From the human T2T-CHM13v2.0 reference genome, Homo sapiens: a stretch of 64,000 bases of DNA. The stretch is from the NCBI RefSeq assembly GCF_009914755.1, contig NC_060942.1, one strand, 5' to 3'. Below the pieces are notes generated by a model, which saw only the letters and a program-made list of their open reading frames with translations, made no database searches and was not told the origin of the DNA. This document shows, in pieces, positions 53,975 through 64,000 of this stretch. How positions within the stretch are numbered: the first letter of the stretch is position 1; every line of letters begins with the position of its first letter. Made by a program: the position numbers and the translations under genes.

Positions 53975-54232
53975 AGTAAACTTTCAGCTGCAATTAACAG
54001 ATAATCTAACTTTATAATGGATTAAACAATAAAAAATAGTATTGTTTCACAACATCTGAATCCAGAAGTAGAGCAGGTTTCAAAGCATTGACTTCATCCA
54101 GTGGGCTCAGTTCCTTCTCTTTGTGATCACTTCAGCTTCACCTATGCCTGTGGGTTGGCTTTATCCCTCAACAAGTTCCTCTCATGTTGGGAAAATAAAT
54201 ACAGTAGGTTCAGGTTTCACATCTGCACAACT
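53975..54232 (-). mobile_element. MLT1J/K-type MaLR LTR fragment
   Basis: ctttcagctgcaattaacaga...ggattaaacaataaa...tccagaagtagagcagg...gggttggctttatc. Confidence 0.6.
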
Positions 54233-54720
54233 TCTTAGCTTGGATTTCCCAGAAGGAAGGACGTATGTGCTAGTATTTTATTGGAAAGTATAATTGATGG
54301 GAAGTAGGAGTGAGGAAAAGTGAGAATGGTGCATCAATGAGTGGAGAGCCAGTTCCCTAGCTGGCCTCTGCTTTGAACCAGGCAACATGGATTGTTTCAC
54401 TGCATCTCACACTTGAACCACTTAGTGCTCCAGAAACATTTGTGTCTCAGAACAGTCCTTCCTAGGAAGGGAGAAAGAAGAATGTATTTGTCACTTGTCT
54501 CAAGGGTCAAAGGATTGTTCTGCATAGGGATATTTTTCTTGAACTTGGAGGTTGTGCACACATTGAATCGTTCATGGTCTCTCATGCTTCATATCCACAG
54601 GGAAGATCTAAAGCATGAGGCAAAAGGCATGCAGTGTGACCCTCTCAGATTGTGGCCACCTGAGGCTGGCCAGAGTCTACACAGACATGGTTACCTCCGA
54701 GGAGCCTGGTATAAGAACAA
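54233..54720 (-). mobile_element. LTR16-type ERVL LTR
   Basis: ttggatttcccagaag...gtgctagtattttattgg... resembles the LTR16 3' end in reverse; approximate. Confidence 0.5.
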
Positions 54721-54751
54721 GCGACCTTTGCCCCAGAATCGGGAGGAATAG

Positions 54752-55783
54752 AAGGAAACATCCTCAGTCTGATGAAAGGCATCTACAATAAACATACAAC
54801 AAATGTCATACTTAATGGTGAACCATAGAATGTTATCTCTCTAAAGTTAGGAAGAAGACAAGGATGTCTACCCTATCACTTCTATTCAACATTGTCCTAA
54901 AAGTTCTAGCCAGTGAAATATGGCAAGAAAGAAATTCATCAAATTTTGAAAGAAAAATATAAAACTATCTTTACTTCCAGAAAATATAATTATTCATGTA
55001 AAAAAAAATCTAATGAAATATATGAAAAAGTTATGAGAACTAATAAGTGAATTTAATAAGGCATCAGGATTAACAATTAATATACAAAAATCAACTGCAT
55101 TTCTATATACAAGCAACAATCATAAACTAAATTTTTTTAAATTCCACTTACAATAGCATCAAAATATATAAAACAGGCTTAAGTTTGATGAAAATAAGAC
55201 CAATACAAAGAAAACCACAGAATATTGCTATGAGAAAATAAAGATCTAAATAAGTGGAGCAGTATGCATTGTTTATATATGTAGGTAGATTCAGTATTGT
55301 TAAGATGTCAATTATTTTCATATTAGTCTCTAAATTCAATATTCTCAATAGAGATGCCAGCAGTCTTTTTTGTTGTTGAAATTGGCAAAATGACTCTAAA
55401 ATTCCTATGCAAATGCAAAGTACCTACAACCGAAAACAACTTTGAAAGACACAAATTTGGAGTAATAACATTATGTGATTTCAAAACTCATTATAAATCT
55501 GTAATAATAAAGACTATAGAATACTGGTTTAAAGATAGACATCAGGTCAATAAGACAGGACAGAGGGCCACTTTTATATATGACCAACTGGTTTTGCACA
55601 AGGGTGCAAAAGCAAACTAAATGGGAAAGGATAGGCTTTTTTTCCATATATGGTACGAAACAACTGAATATTTGTAGGCAAAAAAATTAATATTTCACAT
55701 CATCTACAAAAATTAACTCAGAGATTTAAATGTAAAACCTGAACTATAAAACTTATAGAAGAAAACGTAGGGGAAAACTCTAG
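54752..55783 (+). mobile_element. L1M ORF2 (RT and downstream) fragment
   Basis: aaggcatctac...cttaatggtgaa...ggaagaagacaaggatgtc...ttctattcaacattgt (GTRQGCPLSPLLFNIV); ORF 55354 (LCDFKTHYKSVIIKT..YWFKDRH). Confidence 0.88.
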
Positions 55784-56180
55784 AGACTTCCAGTTTTAAC
55801 TCATGCACATAGACAGCCAGGAAGTCCTCATTTCCTTCCTTACAAGAACAGCTGGACAAACAGAATGTCAAGGATTTTTTTGGACCCATCAGAGGACTGC
55901 AGTTGCAGGACAAACTGCCACTCCCAGATCTGGAGAGACAGAAGCATCCAGAGAGTCATAGCTAAGATCTGCTTAACTGGAGTATACACCATTACAGTCA
56001 TAAACTAGTAAGAATACTTACAAGGTAGTTGCGATGAATTGTTGAAGACTGGGTGTAACCTACTGTGAGAGGAAGAAACTCCCAGAGGCTGCCATCTTAG
56101 GGAGAGCCCCCAAATTTCTATGAACTTTCCATCCAGGGATTGTACCATGTTTTTATGGTGAAGATCCTCTCGTGGCTTTA
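55784..56180 (+). mobile_element. L1M (MD/MC-like) 5'UTR fragment
   Basis: gacttcc...aagaacagctggacaaac...ggacccatcagaggactg...ggacaaactgccac; resembles the reverse complement of 12600-12775. Confidence 0.55.
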
Positions 56181-58479
56181 TCTGTCTCCTGCAGCTGAAA
56201 CATCACATCACCCCAAGGCTCTCCTTCACGAGATTCCTTGATATGAATCACTTTCTCTGCCAGGATAATCCCCTGCAGTCACTGTGGGGAAGCCATTAGA
56301 TGGTTTTCAGAAATTACTGTTGCCCACCGCAGCAAAGCCTGGGTGCTTTTAAAAAGCATGAATTACTCAAAAAGTTAAATCACCACCCAGGAATATTCTG
56401 CATTTCCTTTTATCTTAGAATGTTTAGTATACTTTGGTGACTATGGCAGAAACACAAAAAGCCTAAGCAATGACCTGTATGGATCAATCAGGGAGAACCA
56501 CAGGAGATTTGGGTGAGTTCTGTGGTTGACTGGGTAGACAGACAACCTCAAAAGTTTAGATGGAGGCTTCACATTGCCAGGGACCATGTATGCAGCCCAA
56601 TTTTAAAGACAGCTTTTGAGATTGAGGTGGAAAGAATGCCAAACTGAATAAAGCAAAGTGTCTGCCACCAACTCCAACAGAATAGGACTCCCAATTAGAA
56701 TTAAATTGTGGAACAATAAAGGTTTTAATCTGGGGGTACTAAAATTGCAAACTATGATATATCCCCTAGGATACTCCTTTTAGGATGTATAACTATCATT
56801 GTTTACTAGAGGCTGAGAAGGAGATAATCTTGGCATCATGGTATTGAGAGACGCTTTGATCATCTAGCACTTTTATGGCATTAACGTGTGGTTGCCAAGA
56901 GCCCCCAAGAAGGTGAAGCCACCTTATGCCCGTCCAGAAAATTATCTATGACTTGGGGCAAAGGTGTAACTTCCAGATCACTTCTTCTCTATGTTCTGCT
57001 AATTACTCCCTTCCCTGATTTCTGCTTCTGGTAAAAAAAAAAAAAATAAATAAATTAGTTGTTTGATAATAAGAGAATTCTGTTTTGGGAGAATATTGTG
57101 GAAAATGTTTATCTTTGTGAAAATGTATCTTTTGAGGTGAGATTGAGTCATCTTATGCCAGTGGGTGTTACAAATTCAGAAAAGTTTCTTAAACAGTCCA
57201 TGAAATAGTAGGTTCCATTTTTTTTCTACATTATATTGGGACTTCAGGACTTTTGTAGCTACTTAGGAAGTGTCCTGTCAGTGCTAATAGAGGGTGTTAC
57301 CTAATATATCCCGGGTCATCAAATTTCCCGGTTGGGAGGGTGTAATTTAAAGAGTGTGAGAAACTAAACAATTGAGTATGTCTATAATCCAGGGGCCCTT
57401 ATAAATCAGACATAGATATTTGAATTCAAGATGGTAGAGGATGAAGAGTTAGTGTTGGTAAACCAAAAATATAGTTTGAAGGAAGTATAAGAGAGGTAAA
57501 ACTTTGTGGGCAACTGAAAGTAGTGCTATGTCTTGCCCCGTTACCTATCTTCTATTCTACTGATGCTCTCAGGTAAGAATTTATAGAATCTTTGGACACC
57601 TCCTCAGTGATGATCATCACTAATTCATCCTGGCCATTGATCCTGATCTTGTTGATATCCTGTGTCTTGTAAGTAGGTTACCATCTTTTCTTTTATGTAT
57701 AATTCCCTGTTTTGATAACCTACCTGCAAGACAAGGGTGGTCTAGGACTGTAATCAAGCATGCTCCTAGAATTCCCTACCCTTATCTCTGTATTCCAGCT
57801 ATTTGTCTTCACAGGCTCTAGGTGCTGCTTAACAACATTAGCATTGCCCATCACAGGACCTCCAGGATCCCAGGTTTCAACTCCCTGCCTGAATGTCTTT
57901 TCTTTCACCTTCTCCCAGATTTTCCTGCTCCTAAGAACTGTAAGTCAAGTTCTGCAGTGAGGGTTTGCCTTGTCCCTCCCAGACTTGGAACTTTCTTTCC
58001 TTGTCCAATCAATTCTGCCTTAGATGGAGTATGAAGGCAGCCAGACCTAGGAAATTCTAAACATATAGAGATTAAGTATGAGACAAAAGTCAAAAGTTAT
58101 TTGGACAATTGAGAGTTCAGGACACCCTGTGGTGTCAGAAGGCAATAAAAGGCAAGGTTGGAAATAAAGTATGAGCTATCTGACAACATGCCCAGAACAT
58201 CTGAAAGTGGGAATACCTCTGCTTGCAGGCCTCCTGTTGAATGATTCTACAAATATTTTTTGAGCTCTGTTACATGCAATGCAGTGTGCTAGTTTGTTAC
58301 ATGCCTTTTCCCAGGTTTGGGTTTTGTAACTGTTTTCTGGGCAAAAGCCAACCTATAATCCTGATGTAGAAACAACTGATTTATGTAAAAAGCTAGTAAG
58401 TGGCAAACTGGATGTGATGTGTGATGAAAGATACTGACAAATATTATAGGGGACTGGAAGTATGCTCAAAGATTACATG

Positions 58480-59015
58480 CTTGAGCTTTGTAGTCAGAAG
58501 ACTTGAGTTCAAATCCAGACTCAATAATTATGACTTCTGCAACCCTGAGAGCAAAATTTTCTTGGGGTCATGTTATTTCAGTTAAATGGGGGTAACAATA
58601 CAATCTGCTTTATAATGTTCTTATGAGGGTTGAATGGGATAAGGCACAAAAGCACTTGGAAGTGTCCCTGGCTTGTTACAATACACCAATAAGTGTTGTC
58701 TTTCTTGTTGATAGAAAATAAATCTGGCAGCCAAATGTAAGAGGATATAGCCTATGGAGAAACTGTCATCAATAGATAAAATGTAGATATTGTAAAAGTA
58801 TGAAAAAGTAGAGTAGAATGATTGAGACGCTGGGTCTTGTACTTGGACTTCAGTTGTCTCACTAGCTGTGTGATATTGGCAAAATTATTTAACCTCTCAG
58901 AGCCTGACTTTGTACATCCATTAGGCATGATAATCGTGTATGTTTCACGTAACTGTTAAGACAAAGCATGCCAAATGCTTAAAGCAGTGCCTAGTGGCAT
59001 AGTAAGTGCTCAGTG
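58480..59015 (+). mobile_element. Two MIR SINEs (about 58480-58700 and 58815-59015)
   Basis: gtcagaagacttgagttcaaatcc...; ctagctgtgtgatattggc...tttaacctctcagagcct...catagtaagtgctca. Confidence 0.7.
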
Positions 59016-59659
59016 ACAGATGATGAAACCAGTCATCCATGTGGGGGGAGTTTAGGACCTTTGCTTGGGTGATAATGGATGCAAAATCACAAACTGACAA
59101 AGAAATAAAGAGCCAGGAGTATGTGTGTCAGTAGGCAGGCAGTCCCATCCCTAGGGCAGTCCCATCCTAGTTTACATTTAGATGAGGCCCAGCTCTCAGA
59201 GGTCCCTGGGAAATGTCACCTCTTGGCCCCAGAAGATTCCCCAAAGCACAAAAGCTGAGATGATGGTCCTGGTTTTCCACAAGATACAGCTGATACCTGG
59301 GTCCTGAACAGGACACAGGTCTGTAAGCAACATTTGAACATAGGGGAAGGCTTTGCAGGTGAGATAAGAATAATTTGTAATTAGCACATTCTCTGTTTAG
59401 CAGAATTATTTGCATACAAAGTGATTTTTATAATTACTTGGGAACCGTTTGTTGACCTTTCTTCTTTAGTAGGCTAAATATTTTCCTGTTGATATAATAA
59501 TTATCTCTACAATCTCTTCCTTTAGATCTTGCTTGGAGAAGCAGCATATTAAACTACAAAAGTTCTCAAAATCCTTTTCTGGGGATAGACAAATAAATGA
59601 GTATTGGCACTTTGTGTTTAAACTGACAGATCTCAAAGGAGGACACATTTACAAATCCT

Positions 59660-59812
59660 GCTTTAGATTCCTGGAGTAGATGTTAAAAACACAGTTTCCC
59701 TCCTCTCATCCTAGGCTGAATGAAATAGAGCCTCTGGGTGGGTCTAATAGTCTGCATTTTTAACAGATGTCCTAGATGATGAGTGTGAGCAGTTGGGTTT
59801 GAGGATTAGCAT
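59660..59812. mobile_element. MER5-type hAT MITE
   Basis: tgttaaaaacacag...tctgcatttttaacaga...gtttgagga. Confidence 0.55.
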
Positions 59813-59984
59813 TTCAGGTCACTCCAAGTGGAATTTCTGCCCCTGAATCAAAAACCAAATTGGTCAACTGGTTCACTTCCTGGTTTGTAATAGAGATGGG
59901 CCGTGGCAGTGATTCAGTTCAGTGAGAACCAGACACATTTCTACCAATCCCATGACACGAAGTCTACCCCGCCAGTTTAGTTTG

Positions 59985-60180
59985 TATAAAGCATCCACTA
60001 AGAGTCAGGCACTTTTGTCCAAAGGGATATCATTTAATTCATCAACCAAAAATGAAGGTATAATTATTATCCGCATATTACAGGTGAGAAAACTAGCACT
60101 CAGAGGTGGGCAATAATTTGCCCAAGGCCTCACAGCTAAGAACTGCAGGGCCAGGATTATAAACTAGGTCAATTTTCTGC
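59985..60180 (-). mobile_element. MIR SINE
   Basis: tcatttaattc...ttacaggtgagaaaact...aatttgcccaaggcctcacagctaag. Confidence 0.8.
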
Positions 60181-61514
60181 AACTCCATGAGGCCTTTTTT
60201 AGAAGGAAAATGCATCATGTTTCCCTTGTTCCAGGTAGGGCATTTTGGCTGTCAGTGACATGTTACAGAGGGAGAAAATATGCTTCTTGAGCTGAAGTAC
60301 CTATAGCTCAATGGGGAGACAGGAGGACAGCTCCCATGGTGTCCCAGCTGGCATCCAGCTCCATGCCCTCCCAGCTTTCCTCCTCTTGGTTCATCTCTTC
60401 CCCAAGCTACATTCTATACTAGATTCTGACCCCAGTCCTCTCCCCCAATAGACTAAGCTCCTTGAAGGCAGAGGCTGTGCCCTGTTGAGGTCATGTTCAT
60501 CCCAATTCCCCTCTGTTAGCCCAGCAATGCTGCCAGATCCACAGTCTCATTCACACGTTATATGCAGTGGATTGTGTAAGAAAATAAATAAAATGGAAGC
60601 ATATGAATTAAGGAGTCCCAGATATGTCTGAATCAGAGAGACATGATTCAACATATGTCCTGAACTGTCAGTTCTTCCTGGGGTTCCAGAAGAATAGGAA
60701 TGCCCAAGGTAGAAATCAAACAAATGTATACATCCATATAACAATTGTTTCAGAATACCTTCAATTATGGAACAATTTCTAAGTCATGTCCCAAAGGAAA
60801 TGACATTTTAAGTGTTCAATTAAATGACATATCTTGGTTCTCAAGTCCAGTTCGGGCTGTTTCTTGGGGACTTCAGCCAGGGTCCTCTTTTGTCTCCACA
60901 AACTAGGTCCCCTGGGGGGGAAATTCTAGGGCTTTCTCCAAATAAACCTGCCCTTTCATCTCAACACTGAGACCCTGGGAGCTTGTCCTCACTTTGTGGC
61001 ATGAGACCTAGGGGTGTCAAGCAGACACCCCTGGGTGTCCACCCACCCACTGGGTAATTTATGTAGTAATTGGGAGAAACCAGGTAGAAACAAGAGGAAA
61101 AAAATCATGAGTAGATCTGGAAACCATATCTTGCCTCTGCAGAAACTGGGAATGTTTATTCTGGACAAGGGGTGTCCTAAGAGGAGTTAGGACAGCTGCC
61201 TTGGTATATTTGATGAACTGTTAGGAGGAAGAAGGAATAGCCCCCAAAGAGGAATTACAATCTGTGTGTGTAAATAAAACTTGTCTATTGAGGAATCCCA
61301 ACTCATGAGAATATCCATATGCTATGGCTTTTTATTTTTCTTGTCTCAGCTTTCAACTGTGCTTCATTGAACCCCTCTTCCCTGCAGAGTAGCAACAGAC
61401 ATCTTGTCCGGATTCTAAAATAGTGAAATTTACTCTCTCTAGCACAGTTTTGTCCCTTTTCATTTTCTTTTTAGTGTACTTGGAGGTGTGGTATCAGGCA
61501 TATATTCAAAATAT

Positions 61515-63925
<2,411 letters not shown>

Positions 63926-64000
63926 TTTTTTTTTTTTTTTTTTTTTTGAGACGGTGTCTCACACTGTTTCCCAGGCTGGAGTGCAGTGGTGCGATCTCGG
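63926..64000 (-). mobile_element. Alu 3' end, truncated by window edge
   Basis: Poly-T followed by gagacggtgtctcac...cccaggctggagtgcagtgg. Confidence 0.92.

Overview
Primate (very likely human) AT-rich, CpG-poor non-coding DNA. No protein-coding gene, rRNA/tRNA gene or CRISPR array is supported. The ORF track is explained by Alu, L1, Tigger and low-complexity sequence or by chance. Much of the window is interspersed repeat: AluJ/S/Y, L1PA7/PA16/PB1/MA/MC-MD/ME, L2, MIR, MaLR/ERVL solo LTRs, hAT MITEs (MER3, MER5, MER53, MER94) and a Tigger transposase relic. Subfamily names were assigned by eye from remembered consensus sequences and need RepeatMasker confirmation. I found no new gene system. 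The most interesting signals are these. (1) Three local templated-copy scars within about 24 kb, two with fold-back hairpins typical of polymerase-theta-type repair (18203-18570; 31024-31095) and one reciprocal chimeric Alu/MST duplication (7745-8179 vs 11584-12024). (2) A repeat-poor, motif-rich block at about 36.4-37.5 kb that looks like the promoter and first exon of a + strand lncRNA; it reminds me of the distal SOX2-OT start, but this is unverified. (3) Isolated strong TF motifs: a compressed SOX-OCT site, an ARE/X-box cluster and a CTCF-like site.
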